A program made the position numbers and the translations under genes. Below the pieces are notes generated by a model that saw only the letters and a list, made by a program, of their open reading frames with translations, was not told the DNA's origin and made no database searches. Of a stretch of DNA of 64,000 nucleotides, positions 49,001 through 56,807 are shown piece after piece (the stretch's first letter is position 1; each line of letters begins with the position of its first letter). The DNA is taken from positions 1 to 64,000 of the IMG/VR virus record IMGVR_UViG_3300029288_000005, one strand, 5' to 3'. This DNA comes from a virus. Lineage: Duplodnaviria > Caudoviricetes.

Positions 49001-49177
49001 ATGGTAGAGATATTCGGAGACGACCAGGACGTCAACTTTGGTGGGGTTGACAAGCCCGCTGTTGATTGGAGAAGCAATAACCAAGACGACGGGGACCCTG
49101 ATGATGAGTTGTTGAGACCCACACCATTGGATGTGATAGCAATTCTAGGTTTTGATCCACTGGAACTGGAAGAATGA
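49001..49177 (+). CDS. 58-aa highly acidic protein, candidate inhibitor/partner of TopIB
   Basis: Manual: MVEIFGDDQDVNFGGVDKPAVDWRSNNQDDGDPDDELLRPTPLDVIAILGFDPLELEE*; AGGAG RBS. Confidence 0.65.
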   Translation: MVEIFGDDQDVNFGGVDKPAVDWRSNNQDDGDPDDELLRPTPLDVIAILGFDPLELEE

Positions 49178-49488
49178 TACACCCCGACATACAACAAGCA
49201 GTTTTAGAATGTAAAGGCAAGATGTCGCAGCAGGCAATATCTGCCAGGTTTCACATATCACGTCAAACCGTTAGGAGTATACTAAGACGTGGTTATGTAA
49301 AGTATCAACCACTTGGTTGTACTGAGTACGATATTGCTGAAAACAAAGAGTCAAAGGAATACACACTGAAAGCAGGATGGACGGGAGCAGTTGAACGTTG
49401 CCACAAGTGTGGTAGATTGGTACAGTTACCTTGCTTGGCGTGTAGGATTGAAGAAATGGCAAAAAGGAAACGCGGTGTGTTAGTATGA
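49174..49488 (+). CDS. HTH + Zn-finger DNA-binding protein
   Basis: MSQQAISARFHISRQTVRSIL; RCHKCG...PCLAC. Confidence 0.7.
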   Translation: MIHPDIQQAVLECKGKMSQQAISARFHISRQTVRSILRRGYVKYQPLGCTEYDIAENKESKEYTLKAGWTGAVERCHKCGRLVQLPCLACRIEEMAKRKRGVLV

Positions 49489-49671
49489 TAAGGGTGAAAA
49501 TAAGTGAGGACATCGCTGTACTACATGAAGGAAAGTGGAAGTGCCCAAACAAACGGTTGGAATGGTTGTTAAATGAGTTGACCATAGCAGGTGAGTCTCA
49601 GAAAAGTTGTTCCTCCCGGTTAGCAGAGTTGTTTGAAGGCGAGATTCTAAACACATAAGAAAGAAGATCAA

Positions 49672-49986
49672 GTGAGTAAGTTCATACATAGAAACGTATT
49701 GATAAAGAGCTCTATTGATACGATACAGCTAGGCCATGCTGTAGAAGTGAGGTTTGTGGAACTGACGGGAAGTTGGTTGCGAATAATGGGAGTAGAGCTT
49801 GTCCCACCACAAGACTTGGACAAGGACATGTTGTTGTGGAGGACCATGTCCTTGCGACACAAGAAAGCCGACTTCCGAAACTCATTGGAGGAGTTGCAAG
49901 CAACAAGGCGAATTGCACAGTGGACAGTGAATATGAACTGTCAGTTGAGAAACCAGCCTATCAAGCAGGTAGAGTGGAGTCGGTAA
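49672..49986 (+). CDS. hypothetical protein
   Basis: ORF only. Confidence 0.4.
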   Translation: MSKFIHRNVLIKSSIDTIQLGHAVEVRFVELTGSWLRIMGVELVPPQDLDKDMLLWRTMSLRHKKADFRNSLEELQATRRIAQWTVNMNCQLRNQPIKQVEWSR

Positions 49987-50007
49987 ACATATAATAGGGA
50001 AGAACAG

Positions 50008-50610
50008 ATGTGGGTCACAAACAAAGAAGTTCTAAAGCAGATTGTAGAGCTGGGTTCTCTAGTTCAAAGGAAATCCGCTTTAGTTGAGGAAGCTCTAGTA
50101 CAGCAGTATAAAAAACTACAGGAGTTGGAATCTGCTGTGAAGGGATTATCCTTTCGGCTAAGTATGGCCGAGAGAATGACAGTTAAAGTACTTCAACAAA
50201 AGGAGGAAGTAGTTATGGGGAGAGTTGTGAACGTGTTCACGTATCAAGTGAACTTGGCCGCAGTTCCTGAAGGTAATGATGCTGTAAAGCAGCATCTGAC
50301 GTGTGATGGGTTGTTTCAAGATGCGAGCAACCCCAGTGTGGAAATGACTTATGAGTTTGGGAAGGAACCCCAAGTCATACAGATCAAGGCAGTTGAAGAG
50401 GAATTGGTTTCGTTGGCGTTGTCGTATGAAGACAAGAATGGCAACAAGCAGATTCCACGTGTGACCGAGTTTGTTTGCGTGGACAAAGTGGCACCAGATG
50501 TGCCCATCGACGCCTTGCAAGTTCAACAGCTACCCATCCAGGAAACCGTCGAGTTGGAAGATGAGGATCCTGTTTCTGAGGAAGAGGAAGCAGAAGATCC
50601 TGAAGAGTAA
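50008..50610 (+). CDS. coiled coil + beta-sandwich protein, possible internal start at 50215
   Basis: AAGGAGG precedes an in-frame ATG at 50215; acidic tail. Confidence 0.6.
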   Translation: MWVTNKEVLKQIVELGSLVQRKSALVEEALVQQYKKLQELESAVKGLSFRLSMAERMTVKVLQQKEEVVMGRVVNVFTYQVNLAAVPEGNDAVKQHLTCDGLFQDASNPSVEMTYEFGKEPQVIQIKAVEEELVSLALSYEDKNGNKQIPRVTEFVCVDKVAPDVPIDALQVQQLPIQETVELEDEDPVSEEEEAEDPEE

Positions 50611-50620
50611 ACGTCTCCGT

Positions 50621-50683
50621 TGGAGGGGTGTGGTGGACTTGGTTTGTAAGAGTGACGAAGGCAGCCACACTCCTCTACTTTTT
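50621..50683 (+). terminator. probable terminator hairpin
   Basis: TGGAGGGGTGTGG pairs with CCACACTCCTCTA (G-U pairs allowed), followed by a T-run. Confidence 0.5.
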
Positions 50684-50699
50684 ATAGAAAGAAATCGAA

Positions 50700-50927
50700 A
50701 TGGATGATTTTCAAAAGGCCAATATCAGAAGACAACAGCAGATGGATCAGCATGAAGAAGCCATACTGGAAACCCTGCCCAGGTTGTTGTATCGGCTGTA
50801 TACGAAATTGCAAGAGCAGGGGTTCACGGAAGAACGTGCGTTTATCTTAATCAATACGTACATGTCGTCTGCTCTGGCCTCTGCAGCAATGTCTCGTGGG
50901 TTGGATAAGGACTCAAACGATGGATAG
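50700..50927 (+). CDS. hypothetical protein
   Basis: LY..L.EQGFTEE.A..L pattern common in phage ORFans. Confidence 0.6.
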   Translation: MDDFQKANIRRQQQMDQHEEAILETLPRLLYRLYTKLQEQGFTEERAFILINTYMSSALASAAMSRGLDKDSNDG

Positions 50928-51177
50928 AATGCCCAGACTGGCAGACATAAACTGTACCAGGATACAGTTTCAACCAGGTGATAGGATCTTGGTTAGAACA
51001 AACTTCATGCCCACATCGGAGCAAGAAAAAAAGTTAAGAACACAGCTAAACAAGTGGGCGGGTGTAGAAGTAGAAGTCTTAATCTACTGCGGTCTAGCCA
51101 TGGATATAAAGGTTGAGCAGAGCAATGAAGGAAGAACTATTCTGCCGAGACTGCCATCGGGCGATAGCAAGGTCTGA
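50920..51177 (+). CDS. hypothetical protein
   Basis: FQPGDRILVR motif; coupled ORF. Confidence 0.55.
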   Translation: MDRMPRLADINCTRIQFQPGDRILVRTNFMPTSEQEKKLRTQLNKWAGVEVEVLIYCGLAMDIKVEQSNEGRTILPRLPSGDSKV

Positions 51178-51352
51178 CGCTATATTTCTTGACGAGTGCA
51201 ACTGTAAAACAAAGTTGCCCATCTGTAGAGACTGCTATGAGCGGTTGGTCCGAAGAGCTGGATACAACTCTTATAATATAAATACGATCGAACATTTTAC
51301 GGGTCGTAATTTTGACAGACGCAAGCAGTTTATTGGCGGAAAAAGAAAATGA
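51125..51352 (+). CDS. small Zn-finger protein
   Basis: CRDC...CRDCY. Confidence 0.55.
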   Translation: MKEELFCRDCHRAIARSDAIFLDECNCKTKLPICRDCYERLVRRAGYNSYNINTIEHFTGRNFDRRKQFIGGKRK

Positions 51353-51972
51353 ATGATTCTGAATTCTCTGAGGTGATAAGTGAGTTGAACTACTCTGAAG
51401 ATGAGTTAAGAGAGCTGAGTTGGTTTATAGAGGCACAACCACGAGATGATATAGTGGGCGAAATGGATTATGCTAAAGATGAGTTGTTGATACGGGAATT
51501 GAATGAATCTGTACAGGCACGAGCACGAGCATATGCTATCGAAATGTACAGAATGTGTGATTATCCCGGAGGTGCTGCTTTCTCTACAGCTATGAGCATG
51601 GCTATATCAAACTCAAACAAGTATCCAAACGTTGACAGCAAAAACGTAACTGAGCTAAAAGAAGACCTTGCCCAGATGAGAGAATATCTGGAGAATAAAC
51701 TGGGAGTTCGAAAACCAAGCATCTACAAGACCTGTGAAGATTGTAAGTGTTCCATGCAAAACATAAGGGCTTACTCTCTGGAGATTAGAGGGTGTGTTAT
51801 ACGAAAGTGTGTTTGTTTCACTTGTTACGAGAAACTAGTGAAGGACATCATCGAGGGACTTCTGGATAAAACGATGGGTAACGTGGATAATAACACGAAG
51901 CGGTTGTTGGAGAAAGCCAGTGGTAAGAGAAAGAGCAAGCGGGCATTCGACTTCTCCCAAGAAAGGGAGTAG
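51349..51972 (+). CDS. hypothetical protein with C-terminal Zn finger
   Basis: CEDC...CFTCYEKLV, similar to the preceding gene. Confidence 0.6.
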   Translation: MNDSEFSEVISELNYSEDELRELSWFIEAQPRDDIVGEMDYAKDELLIRELNESVQARARAYAIEMYRMCDYPGGAAFSTAMSMAISNSNKYPNVDSKNVTELKEDLAQMREYLENKLGVRKPSIYKTCEDCKCSMQNIRAYSLEIRGCVIRKCVCFTCYEKLVKDIIEGLLDKTMGNVDNNTKRLLEKASGKRKSKRAFDFSQERE

Positions 51973-52018
51973 TAAGGTATATAATAGGTATGAACAGCAT
52001 ATAAGGAGAGAAGAACAT

Positions 52019-52255
52019 ATGCCAAGACCCATAGCCATTGCAACAGACCGAGATGGTAGATTACTCAAAGTCTGCGTGCCCAAAAAGTGGTCTGACAAGA
52101 AAATAGTCGATTGGTGCAACAAAGAAAAACCGTCGGGAACTTCCCATGGATGGTCCGTTTGTAAAGAGGGCCATCCAACTCTTAACGACTATCCTGAGCG
52201 TGTACAATGTGAAGAGTACGAGAACTTTGTTCATTTGGTTCTGGAGGCTTTATGA
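52019..52255 (+). CDS. hypothetical protein
   Basis: VCVP..W.D..I..W.N...P.GT..GW...V.C......H pattern; AAGGAG RBS. Confidence 0.6.
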   Translation: MPRPIAIATDRDGRLLKVCVPKKWSDKKIVDWCNKEKPSGTSHGWSVCKEGHPTLNDYPERVQCEEYENFVHLVLEAL

Positions 52256-52551
52256 GAACTGTAGAAGTACAAGGTGTTTATTTCGATTGCTATGATGGGA
52301 ATCCCAGGGTCGTTGATATTTTACTGGAGCTTGATTATAACAGTTCTGGTGATGTTGTAAGAGTAATCAAAGGAGGAATAACAGGATTCGAGGCATTCTG
52401 TGTTTCCCAAGTGGACCAGGATAAGTTGTTTAGAAAAGGCTGGTGGGCAAACGCGGGAACTCCTGGTGCATACCCAAGTCTATATATTCATGGACTGCAG
52501 ATGAGGATGGCATTCGAGAAACTGGAAATACTGGAGTGTGAGAAGAGATGA
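52252..52551 (+). CDS. hypothetical protein
   Basis: Coupled ORF. Confidence 0.55.
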   Translation: MRTVEVQGVYFDCYDGNPRVVDILLELDYNSSGDVVRVIKGGITGFEAFCVSQVDQDKLFRKGWWANAGTPGAYPSLYIHGLQMRMAFEKLEILECEKR

Positions 52552-53075
52552 AAAAGCGAAGAGTGGTTAGTAAATACGTCGTATCAGAAAATGGATGCTT
52601 TCTCCAAAACGGATTCCCATATGCTTGCATGGGTGGAATTAGAGCAGGAAATTTTCCTCCCGGAGCAGAAGTTGAGATTGCTGTTTATGAGGAGGTTGAA
52701 GAGTCTGAATTAGAACGCGAACTTGTGATACCTGATGATGCCTTTTGGATTACAAGCAAAGTAGAAACCCATAAGCATCAGCTAATTGTGCAGTCTGTTG
52801 TGGTTGCTCTTGTTGATGATGGCTATCAACCAGCATATAAAATCAGTGATGGAGTATGGCAAAATGCTGACGAATTTGATACTGCCAAGCGAGCTTGTTA
52901 TATAGCATTGGCCAATGCTGATAAGGATGGCTTTGGTTGGAAAGAGAAAGAACCAACCAAACCAAAATGCTCGAGGTGCAATGGTTTTGGAGTTGTCTTG
53001 CAGCCATCTCAAACAACGTCAGGTACAGTACCTGCTACGTGTCCTGAGTGTAATGGAACATGTAAAGGAGAATAA
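52548..53075 (+). CDS. paralog family A-like protein with C-terminal DnaJ-type Zn finger
   Basis: FPPGAEVEIAVYE...IPDDAFW resembles the 24.4-25.6 kb genes; CSRCNG.G..CPECNG. Confidence 0.55.
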   Translation: MKKRRVVSKYVVSENGCFLQNGFPYACMGGIRAGNFPPGAEVEIAVYEEVEESELERELVIPDDAFWITSKVETHKHQLIVQSVVVALVDDGYQPAYKISDGVWQNADEFDTAKRACYIALANADKDGFGWKEKEPTKPKCSRCNGFGVVLQPSQTTSGTVPATCPECNGTCKGE

Positions 53076-53079
53076 ACCT

Positions 53080-53436
53080 ATGAAACCATTTACAATCGAA
53101 ACGCCAGTGATGCGATTGGGTACAATTACAAAGTGGTCTCAACCATATTATCAATACCGACAATGCTGCGTCTGCCATGCCGTGCTGGCCAAAATGTTCA
53201 AGATAGATCGCCCGTCACTAATATCACTTAAACTCTCAACTCGCCCGTCACGCGAGGCACAACAGGTAAAACTTTATTTAGTAAACGGATTTTTTGAGAT
53301 TGAGAGCAAACCATTTGATAATACTACTTGGTTACGTGGTCTCAGCACTGATGAGTGGCTTAGAAAAAATACCCCACTCGGCCAATTAAGACCCGGCGAA
53401 TCGGCAACCGTTTATGTCACGCTTTTTGTACATTAG
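53080..53436 (+). CDS. hypothetical protein, paralog family B
   Basis: MKPFTIETP...ISL.LSTRPS...VTLFVH, similar to 54961..55347. Confidence 0.6.
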   Translation: MKPFTIETPVMRLGTITKWSQPYYQYRQCCVCHAVLAKMFKIDRPSLISLKLSTRPSREAQQVKLYLVNGFFEIESKPFDNTTWLRGLSTDEWLRKNTPLGQLRPGESATVYVTLFVH

Positions 53437-53442
53437 GAGCGA

Positions 53443-53643
53443 GTGATGAGTGATAATTTATCAAAACCAAAGACTCCATATGTCCCACCAATATGTGACG
53501 TTTGTGGAAAACCGCGTGGAGATTGCGAAGTGTGGGTATTTTATTCTGATGGATTCAAAGCACATGCAAAATGTGATGAAACGGTTAGCAGTAAATTTCA
53601 ATCTCTGAATATGCGGTTGGATTTAGTTCTTACTGATGATTAA
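53443..53643 (+). CDS. small Zn-binding protein
   Basis: CDVC...H..C; AGGAG RBS. Confidence 0.5.
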   Translation: MMSDNLSKPKTPYVPPICDVCGKPRGDCEVWVFYSDGFKAHAKCDETVSSKFQSLNMRLDLVLTDD

Positions 53644-53674
53644 CAGCTGCCGAAGCTGTGAAGAAAGATAATAA

Positions 53675-53974
53675 TTGGCGAGCGAAAGTTTTGAAAAGGA
53701 TTCTGCAATGATAACAGACCTTCCCAACCAACTCCGGGACGTTGCTCGTGCGCTTAGAATTCAATGGAATCCCCCTGATAACTCAGAGAGTATATGCCGT
53801 CGGGCGGCGGATGAGATTGAGACTTTGCGTGATGCTCTACGGCTTGCGGTTGGCGTGTCGTGTGGCATATCGTGGAAAGATGTAGATGTAGACGATCCTG
53901 GTGGATATGTTTCAAAAATAAAGAAACTGAAAAAAGCAGAAGCTGAAGCGGCGTGGGAGAAAAGTAATGACTAG
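53675..53974 (+). CDS. hypothetical protein
   Basis: AADEIE.LR phage motif. Confidence 0.55.
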   Translation: MASESFEKDSAMITDLPNQLRDVARALRIQWNPPDNSESICRRAADEIETLRDALRLAVGVSCGISWKDVDVDDPGGYVSKIKKLKKAEAEAAWEKSND

Positions 53975-54332
53975 GAGTTTACACTGCAACACTGGTGATG
54001 AATGGCTGGACGGACATGTCAGCCGACCACAAGTTGAAGATTCAATAGCTGACAAAGTGATAACTTTACGGGCAGAAAACCAGCGGTTGCGTGAGGAAGT
54101 CGAACGGTTGCAAGTCGAAAACGAAGAACTAAAAAAACCGTCGTTCTATACGGATGAATACGGGGATATCCCGAAGGACACACTTGACGATTTGGTTATT
54201 TGCTACGCCGTGGGAACAATTAACGAAGTTCATCCAGCACATGCTCTGCCAAAATTTTATGTGCTCATTACTGAGGATGGTTTTAACGAATTCGACACTT
54301 ATGAAGCCGCAGAAGAAGCAAGTGAGAAATAA
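53967..54332 (+). CDS. hypothetical coiled-coil protein
   Basis: LRAENQRLREEVERL. Confidence 0.55.
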   Translation: MTRSLHCNTGDEWLDGHVSRPQVEDSIADKVITLRAENQRLREEVERLQVENEELKKPSFYTDEYGDIPKDTLDDLVICYAVGTINEVHPAHALPKFYVLITEDGFNEFDTYEAAEEASEK

Positions 54333-54338
54333 AACCTG

Positions 54339-54725
54339 ATGTTTACTTTAGCAGTTGATTTTGATGGTACTTGTGTAGAGCATGTATACCCAGAGACAGG
54401 ACAGGATGTACCCGGTGCTGTGGAGTGCTTGAGAAAGTTGGATAGGGCTGGTGTACAGATAATACTGTGGACAATGCGAAGTGGCCAAGAACTGGAAAAA
54501 GCAGTAAATTGGTTCACAGAAAAAGGTATAAAGCTCTTCGGTGTAAACAGTAATCCAACTCAACAAGTTTGGACAAGCTCCCCGAAAGTATATGCTCATT
54601 ACTATGTTGATGATGCTGCCATTGGCTGTCCACTTGCTAACAATCCATCTGGTGGTCGCCCTTGGGTTGACTGGAATAAGGTTGAGACAATTCTAGCACA
54701 CAAAATAAATAATGAGTACCTATGA
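54339..54725 (+). CDS. HAD-superfamily (BT0820-like) phosphatase
   Basis: AVDFDGT, ILWT.R, K.YA..YVDD. Confidence 0.85.
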   Translation: MFTLAVDFDGTCVEHVYPETGQDVPGAVECLRKLDRAGVQIILWTMRSGQELEKAVNWFTEKGIKLFGVNSNPTQQVWTSSPKVYAHYYVDDAAIGCPLANNPSGGRPWVDWNKVETILAHKINNEYL

Positions 54726-54964
54726 GTGAAAAACCTTCATATAAAGATGTAATCAACAACGAAGAATCACTGGCTATTTTTCTGAGAGCCATGAAGAAGT
54801 TTGATTCTAGCTTCTGTGACGTTATGGTTACAGGTGTTGACTTCAATCTGAAGATAGAGATTCATGGAAATAAAGGGGAGTTAATACACTGTCGAGTGTA
54901 CAACGACTCTTTTGAAAGACCAAAGAAGTATCAAGGTAAAGAGATAAAGAGGAGACCAGAATGA
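54722..54964 (+). CDS. hypothetical protein
   Basis: Coupled ORF. Confidence 0.55.
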   Translation: MSEKPSYKDVINNEESLAIFLRAMKKFDSSFCDVMVTGVDFNLKIEIHGNKGELIHCRVYNDSFERPKKYQGKEIKRRPE

Positions 54965-55347
54965 AGAACTTCAGATATGAAACCCCCATACTTTACAGAA
55001 TAAAAAATACCAACTTATACCAGAATCATAAAGGAGAGTTGGTTATATCGGATTGGCAGTTGTTTTCTGTTTTCGAATTCGAAGAGATACTAGAGATTCC
55101 CAAGAGAATATCATTCTCAATTTCCAGCAGACCTACCAAACAGTCAATTCCTATTAAAATTAGGAGGGTTTGTGATAGTTTTTCCTGCGATGGTTTTTCT
55201 TTTGATGTAACTATTGGAAGAAGCAGAAATTCTTACAAAATTTATAGTGGGTTTAGATGGTTCTTGATGCAACATGAACCATTCAAGAGCGTTAGGTGTA
55301 TGAAAGCAATTAAGGCACACCTAACACTATACATACACTCCAAATAA
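54961..55347 (+). CDS. hypothetical protein, paralog family B
   Basis: MKNFRYETP...ISFSISSRPT...LTLYIH. Confidence 0.6.
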   Translation: MKNFRYETPILYRIKNTNLYQNHKGELVISDWQLFSVFEFEEILEIPKRISFSISSRPTKQSIPIKIRRVCDSFSCDGFSFDVTIGRSRNSYKIYSGFRWFLMQHEPFKSVRCMKAIKAHLTLYIHSK

Positions 55348-55436
55348 AATTACAAGATACCTATTGTGACGAGATAACCGATTTCCTATATTTAGAAGTG
55401 TAAGGAATCGAGTACATCTAGGCGTTCGGTATCAAG

Positions 55437-55480
55437 AAGCTGCGATGGATAGATTTTCAGTCCATGGCAGCTTTTTTATT
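55437..55480 (+). terminator. terminator-like hairpin upstream of the late structural block
   Basis: AAGCTGCGATGGA...TCCATGGCAGCTT plus T-run. Confidence 0.6.
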
Positions 55481-55491
55481 TGGAGAAACAA

Positions 55492-56220
55492 ATGTCAAAA
55501 AACGTTACGTTTGGTTTAGGCATCGCAGTGGGATTGGCGACAAGACAGTTGACCATTACCCGCATGATGAAAGCGGGGGATGATACTGTTCCTACTGCAA
55601 CACACGATGCTGATGCCGGAGCAACATCGACTAGTGTGGTTGTGAATCTGGCAGACAATACCATATGGCAAGCAAAGCTGGTGGATACCAAGTCCACTGG
55701 TGAGGTATCAACACCCGACTACCTAAACTTCCATACTGGTTCGTTACAGTTTCCTGGTCCGTGTTCTGGGGACCGCTTGTGTATACTATCCATGGAGGAT
55801 CTGTCAAGCAGCAGCTCCAGTAGTAGCTCCAGTGTTTCTAGCGCTTCCAGTGTTTCTAGCAGTAGCTCCAGTGCCTCCAGTGTTTCGAGTGGATCCAGTA
55901 GCAGTACCAGTAGTGCTAGTTCTTCTAGTTCTTCTAGCAGTTCCACTTCTTCCTCGCTCAGCTCCAGCAGTGCTTCAAGTACTAGCTCTAGCAGTGTATC
56001 GAGTGTTAGTAGTGCATCCAGCATTTCCACTAGCACCTCGTCTACTAGTTCTGTTAGTAGTATTTCTACCAGCAGTAGCAGCCAAAGCAGTGTCAGCAGT
56101 TCCAGTTGGAGCAGTTTGTCAACATCTACTTCCAGTCAATCTGTTAGTAGTGTTAGTTCGATATCTACCAGCAGTGAGAGCAGTAGCCACAGCAGTTCCA
56201 GTGCGTCGTCACCTTGGTAA
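55492..56220 (+). CDS. beta-sandwich protein with ~135-aa poly-Ser/Thr tail
   Basis: GGAG RBS; mixed AGY/TCN codons in the Ser tract. Confidence 0.75.
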   Translation: MSKNVTFGLGIAVGLATRQLTITRMMKAGDDTVPTATHDADAGATSTSVVVNLADNTIWQAKLVDTKSTGEVSTPDYLNFHTGSLQFPGPCSGDRLCILSMEDLSSSSSSSSSSVSSASSVSSSSSSASSVSSGSSSSTSSASSSSSSSSSTSSSLSSSSASSTSSSSVSSVSSASSISTSTSSTSSVSSISTSSSSQSSVSSSSWSSLSTSTSSQSVSSVSSISTSSESSSHSSSSASSPW

Positions 56221-56238
56221 TTTGAAAGGACAAAAGAG

Positions 56239-56520
56239 ATGGAATTACCCAAGAACCAGTTCAACAATGTCATTAGGGTGTTGAAGACAGCCCCTATTGA
56301 TAGAGTTAGACAAATACGTACAATGACTTTCAAGACCATGAAAAGATTGGGAGTTGAAAGAGATTTTCTCTATGGTATTAGCAAAACACCGAAGGGAAGT
56401 GACCAGGTTGATGTTGGTGCCATCGTTACTTGGTTGAATAAGATTCAGCCCAGTGACGAGGCAGCTATTCGACAACTACTTAGCATAGACGCGACTGCTT
56501 GCAAAAGGATTAACGAGTAA
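56239..56520 (+). CDS. hypothetical protein
   Basis: ORF with RBS. Confidence 0.55.
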   Translation: MELPKNQFNNVIRVLKTAPIDRVRQIRTMTFKTMKRLGVERDFLYGISKTPKGSDQVDVGAIVTWLNKIQPSDEAAIRQLLSIDATACKRINE

Positions 56521-56807
56521 TGTTTATAGGGTTTGAGCAAGTATCTGCGACCAACGCTGTCAAAACTGCCGACAGTTTGACAATTCCTGCAAATGCCACG
56601 GCAGTGGAGATACAATCTGATACGCAGAATGTGCGATACACTATGGACAACGAAACGGATCCTACACAATCTGCGGGCATGTTGTTTTTGACAACTGATT
56701 GTCCTAAGGTGTTTGGTATTGATGATCTTCTTAGAATCAAGTTCACCAGAGGGGCAGGAAGTGATGGAAATCTAAACTTTCACTACTCAGCAGGAAGGGA
56801 TATCTAA
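56520..56807 (+). CDS. small virion (decoration-like) protein
   Basis: LT.P..AT....Q...Q.VRY..D...PT...G pattern. Confidence 0.6.
   Translation: MFIGFEQVSATNAVKTADSLTIPANATAVEIQSDTQNVRYTMDNETDPTQSAGMLFLTTDCPKVFGIDDLLRIKFTRGAGSDGNLNFHYSAGRDI

Noticed and set aside
48112-49197. 361-aa minus-strand ORF
   Set aside because: Antisense shadow of TopIB and its partner ORF; no motifs.
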